Shown piece by piece: positions 49,601-61,374 of a stretch of 64,000 bases of DNA. The stretch is from Tricharina praecox. Taxonomy: Eukaryota. Where the stretch lies: assembly GCF_024521635.1 (NCBI RefSeq), contig NW_026250418.1, forward strand, positions 1 through 64,000, read 5' to 3'. Position 1 is the stretch's first letter. Each line of letters starts with the position of its first letter. The notes under the pieces are model-generated. The model ran no database searches. It was not told the DNA's origin and saw nothing but the letters and a program-made list of their open reading frames with translations. A program made the position numbers and the translations under genes.

Positions 49601-50707
49601 TGATATCTAGCAGGAGACTTCATTGCAACTGTTGCAGGCTAGACGTACATGCACAACTACCCACGACGGCTGACTCCGTCTAACACCACCGCACGATACA
49701 CGAGCTCCGATGCAAAGGCAGTTATGCACACTGCGGGCACTCGCGCATCACCGGCAGTTGTGTCATAACTCGCATGTTTGGGCTGCGGAGTTGCGCGCGG
49801 CGATGACTACCTATATAGATACTTACCGGCCGCAGCAACGTAAGCAGCGGGGGAGTGGCCGCTGACCACTTCCTACGGTGGCAAATGTTGACGGTTCTGT
49901 ACTGTCTGTCTCCGTGGTGCATCCATCGATTGGCGGTATTACCGGCGATGAGGCTGGCCGCTGGTGGCACGTCCCTACGAGTTAGACTTGTACGATGGAT
50001 GCTGGCGATGGCGTACATCGCTTCAGCCTTCGCTAGCCATGGCTCATGGCCGACCAAGCACGGGACTCATGCCGTTGCCGTGCGGGCAGGTACCGCAGAT
50101 GTCAGACGGATTGCGAATATGAATCTAGAATTATTGCGATCGCAGTAGGACAAAGCACAAGGTTGGGAGGGTACGAAGACACCGTGAGAGAGTGACTGCG
50201 ACAATGATATGTACAATACGTAAAGCAGCCTACCAACTAGGTATGGCCATCGGTCGCGAGGAAAATCGAACCTTCCAGTGTTGTAATGGTAGTAGCGGCC
50301 TGACTGGATATCTAGCAAGCACCTGCAAGAACCCATGCAACCGCTTTGTGTTAGCCCAACTCCTACGCAGTAACTTCCACCACCATATTCTACGCCTCAC
50401 TCCTCTACGAGTACTCCGCCACCGCTTTTGCTCCGTCATCCCCATCACAAGCCAACTTATGCACCGTTTCGGAAACATAGAGTAGTGACATACATGCCCA
50501 CCACCACCCCGACTGTCTCCCAATCATTCACCCCACCGCTCCCAAGGCCCCTGCCATTATGACGGCGTCCCTGCGGATGCGGTCTTAACAGCGGGGCCTG
50601 GTGGCTTACGGCCCCGGGAACTAGAGGATATGGGGGTTTCTTCTTAAGAATCGCACTTCTCGTTCTGTGTGTTGTCCCTTGGAATCAAAGCAACCCCTCT
50701 CTCGAAA

Positions 50708-50820
50708 GGATTGATATGGGAGAATACGGATTGATATGGGTGGATACAGGCGGGTATGAATTGATATAGGACGATATGGATTGATATGGGAGGATATGGA
50801 TTGATATGGGAGGATATGGG
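50708..50820 (-). repeat. GGATATGG minisatellite, copy 3
   Basis: ggattgatatgggaggatatggattgatatgggaggatatggg, the same unit as 14587-14941. Confidence 0.85.
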
Positions 50821-50953
50821 AGTACATCATCGTCACAGAGAGCCCCGCTCCTAGAGGTAGGTATCTTTCTAGGACATTCTCTGCAGACAGTTCATTGCAA
50901 AAACCATAACCAATGAATCCAGATGAGCTCGCACTAACTAACGCGTATATTCA

Positions 50954-51093
50954 CTGTATAATGAAGGGGGGGTAACACATACGCTTTTTCTGTATCAGTA
51001 CGATCAAAATACGTATTTTGACCGTACTAATACGTCTTTTGACCGTATCGATACGGAAAAAAGCGTATTTTTACCCCCCCCTTCACTATACAG
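50954..51093. mobile_element. TA-flanked palindromic MITE, family B, copy 1
   Basis: Long TIR CTGTATA(A/G)TGAAGGGGGGGGTAA...ATACGCTTTTTTC and its reverse complement. Right flank TA, left flank CA. Confidence 0.85.
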
Positions 51094-53253
51094 TACGTAG
51101 TATCGGGCCATGTGTTGAGAATATAATGCCTGTCCACCGTATCGCCTTCAAAGGTGATTAATTGTCGACAATATATTCGTCTGGGATCTTCGGTAGTCAT
51201 AATGAGTCTTCCTTCCGGAGCTGGTCAGGAGGGGTAGATGTGTCGAGCGCACCAACTGGAAGAATAAACAGGAACTGCCAGCTCTTAGGGCAGACTGCAC
51301 GTCCTATCTTTCAGTTCTCGTGCTTGACTAAGTACAGTTTGCGTGCATAGCTGCAGGGGCGCTCACCTCGGGCTACATACCTAGGTAGGCATCCTACATA
51401 CATACGATCATCAGCTCGGCACAGCAATCGGATTTCGGAACACACAAACTGTTTATTCGGTACATACGGAAAGCTATGAATCCAGTTTCACACGGTATTT
51501 CGATAATCCTAAGGGTTTCTATTTCCGTATCAACTCAGAGTCTCGGCATTCGCAGTTGGAGCATGTATTCCCCAGGAATAGTATTAGAGCTACTACTCTA
51601 GTTCCTTGCTTGGAACCGCCAAATAAAACCGTATGGGTCCTTGTCGTATCGTGGACTTGAGACAAGGGCATTGGGTGATTCAGTACTTTCACACCAGGTA
51701 ACTACTAACCGTCCAAGTACTCTACTCTAGAGGAACTCAAGGTACTGTTCCGACGGGTTGTTGTTTAAGGGCGCTGTAAATCCCTTTCTGCATCATCATC
51801 ATCACCAGGTGCAATCCGGATGTTGAAGAGGTGTGTGCTCGGCTCGGCAGTTGGAGGTCCGTGTGTAGGTAGGCGTGTGGGTATAAGGTGGACGTCGCGT
51901 CCCTAGAGTAGAGTACATATGATCTTTTTCCTGATGCTTCTGGGCTTTGCCGATTAACATTCTTGCCCCACCCTCTGTGACGCCAACAACCCCCAACTTA
52001 CGTCCCGAAAACACCAACGTTCGCGTTCCCATAGCGCAGGATTCCCGCCCGGCACGGTGTTCCCCAAATTCGCTCGAGTTGCTAAAGTTCGCCGTGGTGA
52101 AAGATACCACTTTCTGTCGGATTAACCACGAATGCATCGACAACCACCCACCGCTGGATCTGTCGCGTCAGATACAAGAGTCCATCCCCGTTTGTCGTGC
52201 CATTGGAACAACCTCACTAGAGGCCTTTGCAGTCTCCCGATCATTCTTGCGGCCACCATTGACGATGATGTGGGTGACGTACCAGTACCTACAGCAGACC
52301 GACTACCATTACCTCGTGTGCTGGTCTCGCCATAGCCATATCTATACAACCAGCCGGTCGGACCGGACGCCGCACACGCACGGCTTTCTCGAGGAACCCT
52401 CGAAATCGATATCACACACATCCCTGGGAGATATCTTTGTTAGGTGCGGGGTCAGCATGGACGTCTCCGGTCAATCACATCCCGTTGCTTCGTATTTGAC
52501 TCTTGCGACAAACATCGGTACCCATGGCTATCATCTATGCCCCCCATCCACCACTTTCAGCCCATTATAGAACTAGAATGGGGGGTTGTACGATTGCTAG
52601 GCCGTGCTCGTGTTCTGAGATTGATGGGTATCGGTCGTCGTCGTCTTCGTCGCTTAAACCCGATCCCCCCTAAATCTCCTAGAAATTGTCGAGTACGACT
52701 CCTGCAGAAGTCACAGAGAATTAACCTCAGAATGCAACCCCTATGCATGTGTACCTTCTCCTTGGCGACTCAACCCAAAATAACCACGAAAACCCCTTCG
52801 TATTCGTATAGGCGGCAGATAGGAGGGGGGGGGCACTTTCGTCGGCAGATTAATATACCGAGTTCAAGCATTCAAGAGAGGGAGATCTCCCTCGCTTTCT
52901 GAAAGTATGGAGGTAGTTATGCGGCGCGGTTAATACCGCTACACCTACACCTCGGAGGCGCAGAGTCGAACGTCGCCATCACGACACCAATCTGACCTTG
53001 AGGCACAAAACTGCACTTACACACATAGTACACTTACACTTACGGGTAGGCAACCACTGTAATCACGTAGGAATGCATGAGGATGGCCCAGCCTGCTCGT
53101 CTGTGCCTCATCTATATGTTCCTGCGTTGCAGCCCGATGGCGACCAAGGGATCCCAAGCCCCTCCGAATTGCAGAGGAGGTTGGCTATGGTCAACGTAAG
53201 TGGTCACATGCGCATGTAGGTAAGTATGTGGGGGCGTGTATGAAGCATTCGGA

Positions 53254-54663
53254 TTATGGGTCTAAAATACAAACAAAAACTAGGAGATAGCCTCGAAACT
53301 CGCAAAAACAATCAACAAAAACCAGAGAAAAAGGCCTCTTACGTCTCGACAAACGTTTAGGCCAAATACGAGCTATCTGCAATAACACGCGGAACCGACG
53401 AGATATCCAAAAATTCAAAAATACCGACAGAAAGCCGTCTTCACAGGAGAATAAACTCTGAAACACGAAGAGAAGGGGGAAAACCTCAATTACCGGGTCA
53501 CGTAAGAAAAAAGGAGGCCATAACCTGTTTTCGTCGGGATAATTCCAGGGACCGATGTAAGCGTACGAAAGAACGATGCTGCAGGCAAACAGGGCCAGTG
53601 ATAGAAAATCGTCGACGAGCAGGGTGGGCAAAGGGGGAACTACATGGCACTCATCAGCAGCCGTCCTTCGGAAGTAGGCACTCCTTAGACTCGGAATCAA
53701 TACCATTCACGGAACAACTGGGATACGGCCGTGACGCCGCATCACCCATAGCGCGTCTCCATGATGCTTCTTCTTCTTCTTTGGGTGCTGGGAGTCCTGG
53801 TCCTCGCCCGGGGCGGGGGATGTCTGCTTCCTCTTGGTGGAAGGGAGTGCAGGGGTGGAGGTGCAGGTGTTTTCCGGCGATGAATCGCTGATGAAGGCAG
53901 GATCCGGAGATGCCTCGGGTGGCGGAAGAGACGGGGGTGAAGGTGACGCGCCGAAATTGGCGTTGTCGGCGTTCAGGATCGCGTTGCGCTCACCCACGAA
54001 TCTCTCGCACCCCGGAATGTACACCCTTTCAACCCAGCCTTGACAAGAGACTGCCGACCTCGGTCAAGTCACTTGGGCTTGGCTGCCGCTGTCGTTACTG
54101 GAATGGCTCGCGCTTCCGTCGCCCGCACTGTCGGCAACACTTGACGCCTGTTAGTCAACATGCAAATGTCACATCGGTAATGGGGACCACACACCTGCAG
54201 TAGGGCGGTGCCCCGGGCATGATGGAGTTCTCTGATACGAGAGGAGTTGGACGGTGCTCAAGGAGTCGGAATCCCAACTACACGAGCAAGACGAGGCTTG
54301 ATACGTATGAGAAGATGGCCGACAAACGATGTGTGGGCGAGGAACTTGAGGTTTGATGTGCAAGGAGGAACGAAAAGTTCTTGAAGACCGAGTCACTTGA
54401 ACTCGAAGTAGGTAACCTGACTGGGAATGCCAGCTGGGTATGAGAGACGGCTGCGATTCAGGGAGATGGGAGTGAGAAGATTTGACGTGGGAGGATGAGG
54501 ATGAAGATGAGGATGAGGATGAGGATGAGGAGGTGGAGCAGGAGCAGGAGAAGGAGGCTGCTTTAATAAGATGAAGCTGTAATTCCTCGAATCCAACATC
54601 TTGGTGCCGTGGAGAAGTAGTAAAACTTCTTCTGTATCTCGGCAGATGCGTTCTAACCTGCAC
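53254..54663 (-). pseudogene. Decayed copy 2 of the unknown duplicated gene family
   Basis: SCQGWVERVYIPGCERFVGERNAIL, a Pro/Ser-rich tract, KRKQTSPAP...KKKKK, an in-frame TGA, then IGPWNYPDE / RDPVIEVF / EDGFL / LLQ / YLLVFV. Intron-like GTGTGT...ctaaCAG at 54194-54148. Confidence 0.65.
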
Positions 54664-54714
54664 ACCGAATTGATACTTGGGTATGTGATTACACTAGAGC
54701 ATATGGCTGTGTTC

Positions 54715-54790
54715 GTGAAGCCCATGGTGGCGCGCGCGCTGTGGGGTGTGTGAAGCCCATGGTGGCACGCGCGCGGTGGGTGTGGGAAGC
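54715..54790. repeat. 35-bp direct tandem duplication
   Basis: gtgaagcccatggtggcRcgcgcgc... begins at both 54715 and 54750. Confidence 0.8.
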
Positions 54791-56017
54791 ACCAAGCCGG
54801 CGAAGAAGGACGCAATGCGTCTGCATCATGATTAGCTCATCGCCGTCCTGGTCAATACCGAGAGTCTTTTCGTACGCAGGATCAGGAATCATTCATCCAC
54901 AATGGTGGGTTTGGGGTATGTGCTGTTCGCCTTGGGTTCTGGTTGAATGGACGCTGAGCTGAAGTTCATTATCTCCAGGAATAGGAACACCGGAGTCAAT
55001 CCACAGTGAGCTTAGCGTAGTGCCTGCTCCATCTACCTAGTTAACCCTTGACCATGCGTTTCTGGCTCCATCACACGACGAACCACACGAGAAAGACCCA
55101 CAAGCTCTTGCAACAAAAAATCACATTTCCAAACGTCCAACTGTGGGAATTCTGACTCGGCGAGTAACTACTGCTTTCGAGCCCTACGACCAAGACGTAT
55201 GGTAAACTACTTTCTGTGGCGCAGCGTATATCTGTACATAGTTCGGAGCTTCGATCCCATCCATACGAACGGATTGGTAGTTCGGTAACGTTGGGATTAC
55301 CGTATCCGGTATGTAGGTATCCGGATCGAAGTTACCTTTGAATCCCCCTCCCCACCCACCCACTACGACTCGACTGAGTGGCGACCTAGCGATCAGCTCG
55401 ACAATATGCGCCGTGCACATACCTAAGGCGGGCACTACTGTACTGTGTGTTTCGAATGTGCTATGGTAATGGAGGGTTGGAGAGGAGGAGATCCCCGCCC
55501 CCGGATCAACTACTGCGGTAATATATGCAGCAGCTTCCAAGTCCCCACACTTTCTCCACAATAATAGCAAATCAACAGCTTTACATATCACATATACGGA
55601 GTTCAAGTTACCTTGATGCTTTATTTTTCTGTTGGCAACTGGTAACTAGCTAGTTAGAGGGCTACCTATTGAGGACGAAATAGTAAAACTTTCCATTGGG
55701 AAATTGCACCTACATACACAGGGCCACGTCAGGTAAGTAGACATTTTCAGTAATTTCTCTTATTCCTAGTACTAGTACCGGTATTTGGGCTTGTCGGACG
55801 CAGGGGGTTGGCCTCGTTGAACTGTTTCTCTTGGTTTCCGACTCGACCAGGCGCTTTGTTTAGACGGCCATTCGTTCTGCGGCTAACAGTACCCAAATAG
55901 TAGTTGGCCCGCCCAAGCATTGGCGAAGGGCCCCAGTCGGTCACCACCAAGCTCCTCATATGGTCGAGTACTGCGCCTACAGCATATTCACGCTTAGGAG
56001 TGCTCAGTGTACGACAC

Positions 56018-56871
56018 CAGACCCTCCAACAGTTCGAACCGGGAACAACCCGGGGGTGTTCCCATACTAACCAACTGGCAAACTGAACCAACTGCTGGGT
56101 TTTGAACTGGGAAAACTGCTTGTCCCATCAGTTCAGTGAGGCTTAGGGCTACATCTGTCGCCACCACGACCCACTGGCGAATCGCCTACAACCCACCACC
56201 CAGTCGCTACTATTAACCCACCACCTATGGAGCACGCTGCGCTGGTTGGCGGGCTCCAGGACTATTGTTCATTGCCTGTCGAGAGGAATGTTCGAAGCAG
56301 TCCTGCTGCGATCGAATGGTGGCTGGAACCGCTCCAGAAACGACATTTTCTTTACCTCAGCCAAATGGCGATTGACATTCTGTCTATTCTAGCCATCTCG
56401 GCTGAGCTTGAACGGCTGTTCTCCGAGTGCAAGATGATTCTTACTGATCATCATTATTTCCTAAGTACCGAGAGTGTTGAAGCTCTGGAGGCTATCAAGA
56501 AGTTCAATCGCCGTACTCTCAGTCTCTCATGTGTACTGTGTAGTGAAGGGGAGGGTAAAAACTACGCTATATGACCGTACCGATACGGAAAAAAGCGTGT
56601 AATCATAGCGTAGTTTTTACCCTCCCCTTCACTATACAGTAGGTAGCATCAGAGTAGTGATTCAAAACTAGTACTGAATCCATTTTCTATCGCTTTTTCC
56701 GTGACCACAGGAGCCTATCTCGCCTATTTCCCCGGAACAACTGCCAGACTTACCTAAACCAACTGGGAACTGACAGCCTCTGTTCCTAACTGAACCGGGA
56801 ACAAAATCAAACAGAACTGAACTGTTTAAACCAGTGTTCGCGTTTCAACTGGCTAACTGTTGGAGGGTCTG
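56018..56871 (+). mobile_element. Internally deleted hAT transposon (854 bp) retaining the C-terminal dimerisation domain
   Basis: Perfect 17-bp TIR CAGACCCTCCAACAGTT / AACTGTTGGAGGGTCTG and 8-bp TSD tacgacac / tacgaaac. ORF 56227-56574 reads IEWWL...LSQMAIDILSILAISAELERLFSECKMILTD...ESVEALE. AACTG subterminal repeats at both ends. Confidence 0.92.
56536..56639. mobile_element. TA-flanked MITE, family B, copy 2, nested in the hAT element
   Basis: TA|CTGTGTAGTGAAGGGGAGGGTAAAAACTACGCTAT ... ATAGCGTAGTTTTTACCCTCCCCTTCACTATACAG|TA. Confidence 0.9.
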
Positions 56872-58015
56872 TACGAAACCACCGTAACTAACTGGGCCCA
56901 TGAAGTAGAAGATAGCTACTACTAAGTGGATTCCAGCTCTCTCATCCCCGCTGTGCCGAGTAAGATGGGGCTGGGCGACTGAAGTGTGAGACTGTGTGAC
57001 GAGAAAAATCCCTCATGGCCGTGTCTCATGGGTGCTTGTCGTCAACGGGATGGCATGCGTGCCTGCTCAGTGCTCTGCTGCTGCGCTCTCGTGGGTTCCC
57101 CGTGTTGTGCCCAAAGTTTTTCGATCTTGGATTCTTTTCCTTCGGCTCGACGTAGAGTACATACCTCCTGGTAGGTACCTCGAACTCACGACTGGCGTAC
57201 GGGTTGCGAGGCTTCGCCGCTTCAGCGAAGGAACGTACATACGGTATCATACCTACTCCGAACGGGTTCCATGTGATCTCAACTGTACGCAACCTCCCGC
57301 GGGGCTGGCCATATGGAACGAGAGTGGGCTGCTCTACGGCACTCCCTCCTGGAATTACATCCTACCTAACACGCTTGTGTGCAGTGCGCCCTGCTTCGCT
57401 CATATGAGTCAAATTTTTATTCTACCGTCCTGACTCCTGGCCGCCAGAGCACATACCTCTTACCAGGTATGTACTCTACGGATGCACATTCTGTAGGATG
57501 CCTCGTATCGAATTGAATCTCGAATGAATGTCCAATCCCCTCCCCCCTGATGCTTTTTATGCATAACCCTCACCTTTATTCATGCAATCGAGATCCATTC
57601 TAGAGTCCGGTACTCTTGTTAGTGGTCATAGGCTAGGTACTCTATGTAGAGTACTGAGGGGGCGCCGAAGAGAGGAGACCTTACTGAGACCTGGTGGGAT
57701 CTGTTCCAGACCCTATGCGGTCATCCAACGTTTATCTGTCTCTGTTGTCACTACTTCTGTCGGCCTGTTGTCAGTCTCTGGTCATCATTAGTCTCCAACA
57801 GTTCACCAGTTCGTCACCTTGTATTATCACCGATGCCTTTACGTTTCTTTGAAGTTTTCTGCAGTTGCTCTTGAAATGTGGTATCTCGTTTTCGCTGCCA
57901 AAATACACTATACTGCTCACCATGCTACTACTGGCTGGAATTGTCCACGCTAATGCATAGTACACACACTAATGCACTGTACATAGTACCCCATCCCGGA
58001 ATGCCACACAAGGGG

Positions 58016-58155
58016 ATAGTGAGGGGGGGGGGGTAAGAAATACGCTTTTTTCCGTATCGGTACGGTTAAAAATCGTTTTAGTACGGTCAAAATACGTATT
58101 TTGACCGTACTGGTGCGGGAAAAAGCGTATTTTTTTACCCCCCCTCACTATGCAG
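58016..58155. mobile_element. MITE family B, copy 3 (left tip eroded)
   Basis: ATAGTGAGGGGGGGGGGGTAAGAAATACGCTTTTTTCCGTATCGGTACGG ... AAAAAGCGTATTTTTTTACCCCCCCTCACTATGCAG|TA. Confidence 0.85.
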
Positions 58156-59057
58156 TATGTACCACTGCTACTGCCAAGGATAATAATGGCCGCTGAGGAC
58201 TCAGGAGGCGCCTGAAGTCAGCCGGCATCCATATATCACAATCCCCAGCCATACGATATATGTATCGCGAACCTGGCCAAGGAAATCGTCCCCATCAACT
58301 TTTAGGAGAGGTGCTCCTGGCCGTATGGATGTCTCACGCTGCCATGTGGAAAATTTGAAGTGTGGACCAAGCATACATATGACATCATACCGCCCCTACT
58401 TTATATATGTGTGTGTGTAGCGGCGCGGGTGATGGGGGGCTAGCCAGTGGCAGCCGCCGGCGGGAGGCTTCATGTCAGACAGTTTGACTCTTTGGCAGTG
58501 GTGGCAGCAGTGAGAAATTGGGGGCACGACTTGAGACAAAAAAGAACCTACTCTAGTAGTACTAGAGTAGAGACCGGTAGTCCGACATGGTCCGATGATT
58601 TCGTCGAATGAGTGCTTCGTCTGAGACATCTTCATGTCGGAGGAGGGATAGAGGAAAGGCGCTTTGGAGCGGAGAAATTAAGGAATCGAAGGGTGGGTCG
58701 CGAAAAGCCCGTCTATTGTTAGTAAGTTTTCACATTTGACGATGCAATGTGTGAACTCGATCTTTCCAAGGTCTTACGGATCCCCAGCTAACCCGAGCGA
58801 CTTCTCCAAACGATATGAAGTATGCAAGAGGTGGTGTTCTGGAGCGTGGTGGTTGACCCAGTTACACAGCAAGATGTGAGATTCGGGAATGAATGCCCAT
58901 TGCGAAAAGGAATTTGATTCCACATAATACCGTACTCTACTCTCACATACCTACGTCCTCCGTACGCAATACATCACACCCTCTGCGGTAATACAACCCC
59001 GTGCGGGTACTGTACATCTCGTAACTGCACCCAACCAGTGACCACTCGTCCCCGTCC

Positions 59058-59567
59058 TCACTCCATCGTTGTCACCACTTGAGAGTTAACCCGACCCAAC
59101 ACCTTTCCCTCGGGACCACCACACTCAACCTCCCACCGCCGTACTACCTCCCACCACTCATCACGTCCATAAGCGATGGCACTGCACTCTCCCTGACCAG
59201 TATAGACCACGTCCATGCCCACGCCGTTCCAGCACTTCAACGAGTACAGCCCTGCGTCGCCCTTGAAGAGCCTGCAGAACTCGGGGCCGGACGTGGCGAG
59301 CGACTAGTGAGGACCGACGTAGGAGCCCAACGGTGCGGAAGGCATGCGGACACGGAGCTCATGGTCCAAGATCATTGAGTAACACAAGATAAACATGAGG
59401 AGGGTGAATGCTAGGAATGCTATAAATGATCCCGCTTCGTAACAGTTGATATCGTCTTGTGGTCTGCCGTGCAATACGACTGATGGTTTGACCGCGGCGG
59501 CTGTAGCCGCGGGTGAGGTGTTGTTCTCGGGCGCGATGTCCTGCATTGCTTCGATGTGGGAGATCAT
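59058..59567 (-). pseudogene. Small single-TM protein gene interrupted by one in-frame TAG
   Basis: MISHIEAMQ...SFIAFLAFTLLMFILCYSMIL...GPH*SLATSGPEFCRLF...TTME*. The frame continues 81 sense codons past the TAG at 59306-59304. Confidence 0.45.
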
Positions 59568-60473
59568 TGCACAGCGGACTCGGAGGGGGATAGCTATGGC
59601 GCCGCCGAGCTTTGAGTTGCAGCTACCTAGTTGATTGAGCTTATAACATGTGTATGACGGCGAGATTATGCGACGGCAAAGCTTAGCACGTTCCGCAGGA
59701 ACGACCAATGTGCACATCCACAGAAGACGTTGTTTGACACCAATTGTCAACTGCACCGAGACTGTCTCCAGAAATGTCAAACCGTGTGGTTTTTCTAGCA
59801 CTGCAATTGGGCCGACAGGGTCCTTCACAGGTCACATGGCATCTCCACTGTTGGAAGCTTCATCAAGGCAGTTCAAACTTCATGTGGTGCATTTTGAGTT
59901 TGTCGTCGGCCGTAACGAAATCATCCATCGAAAAGGCAACCACGTAACATAAACCTAAATACTGGCTAGACTCTTCAGCCCGGAGTCCTCGAGGTCGCGG
60001 TCCGGTACTCTACCCCTTCGGTCTCCGATTGTGCGTGATACGTCTTCGTGTGCCGGGTCGACAGATTCGTAAGGAGGTAAAACGTAACCTAAGTCACCGA
60101 GTAAGGTTCACACATTCCTGGACACCCCTCGAGCAGGTGGAAGCTTTCTGTTTAGTCATTGATTGCATGCGACCTACCGGTATCTAGATCATGAAAAATT
60201 TACAAGCTCCGTTTCGACGCGACTGTCCAAAGCAAGTGGAAGTCAATCGAGAATTCTTAGCGGCAGCCGTCGAGCCGAGTGATTTGTTTCGACAATTTAG
60301 CGTGTACCTGTCCGAGCTCCTAATAGTCCAAGATCCGCTCTACTGTGAAAGAATCTGCACCACTATCAGCACAACCACTACCACAGATTTATCGTGCTAT
60401 CGAGCGGTTAATATTTGAGTTTCACTCTCATTAAGATCATCTCTAATACTAGGTAACCGAGACCACGAAACAC

Positions 60474-61374
60474 TCAGCGAAACGAAACGAAGCCATACTG
60501 AACGTTCAGCGAACGAAACTCCTGCACGCCCGGCGAAACGAAACGATCGCGTAACAAACCAGAACAACGGAGTTGTCTGTCATGAACTTCCATCATATCT
60601 ATGTACAATTCCCAAGGTCTTCCGTTTTCCTTCACAATTTGCGCCGGTAATACATTTGGAAGGGGTTCAACTACTTCGTGACAACTTCCATCCAATTCTC
60701 CACCACTGTTCGATGATTTTGTTCGTTCGTCGGCTTGTGATAAACTACGCGCTTTGTCGTAGATGAGTTTTCTAATATAAATTTAATTATTAAAAACTCA
60801 GTTAAGATATAAAAATCACTTACCTGTTTATATGTTTTCCTCCAATTTCAATAAGACACGCATCTCCCTCCGAAGTTCCGACCCCTTTCAACGCGTTCAG
60901 AACTTGGGCAGGTGGATATCCTTTGGACAACTCTACAGCCGCCAGTTGAAGGGATAAGGCCGAAGGTGCAATTTCTCGGCTGCGCTCTAGTGTATGTTGA
61001 TGTTCTTCGTTATCGAGTCTTTCGATTGTAATAGTAATCGGTTCGGCGGTGGTGCGTGTTGTTTTGATGCGCATATTGCACAGGCCTGGTTTCCGGATTG
61101 CTGCCTCGCGAAGTCTTTTCCTTACTCCATCACCCCTTGGTAAAGGTGCTTTTCTTCCTTTTTTACTCTTCCTTAAACGACATTCATATTTCTGTACTTC
61201 TACAGTACCACCACGTTGCAGTAAGAGGCCACCAATTTTCGTGTAGACAGTGCTGATCAGTGGCCAATAGGTATCAAATTGTTCCGCCGTGAGAGTGACC
61301 GGCTCCGTGACGTTGAAAAGAGTGTCAGACCAAAAGGAAGCGTTAGAGGGGACAGGTATTAGATGAGCGGTCAT
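60474..61374 (-). CDS. Mutator-like (MULE) transposase N-terminal zinc-finger protein lacking the DDE domain, 2 exons (61374-60824, 60771-60474), ~282 aa
   Basis: YECRLRKS...CNMRIK...HQH (C-C-H-H, FAR1/WRKY-GCM1-like), followed by the helical segment KGYPPAQVLNALK. The intron GTAAGT...TAG keeps the frame open. Confidence 0.65.

Noticed and set aside
50592..50624. GC hairpin (CGGGGCC/GGCCCCG) followed by CTAG as a Helitron 3' end
   Set aside because: The hairpin-to-CTAG spacer is only 4 nt, the next base is A rather than T, and I see no 5' TC end, RepHel remnant or second copy.
51397..51520. ACATACGATCAT as the start of a 5S rRNA gene
   Set aside because: The similarity stops after about 12 nt, with no internal control region or complementary 3' end.
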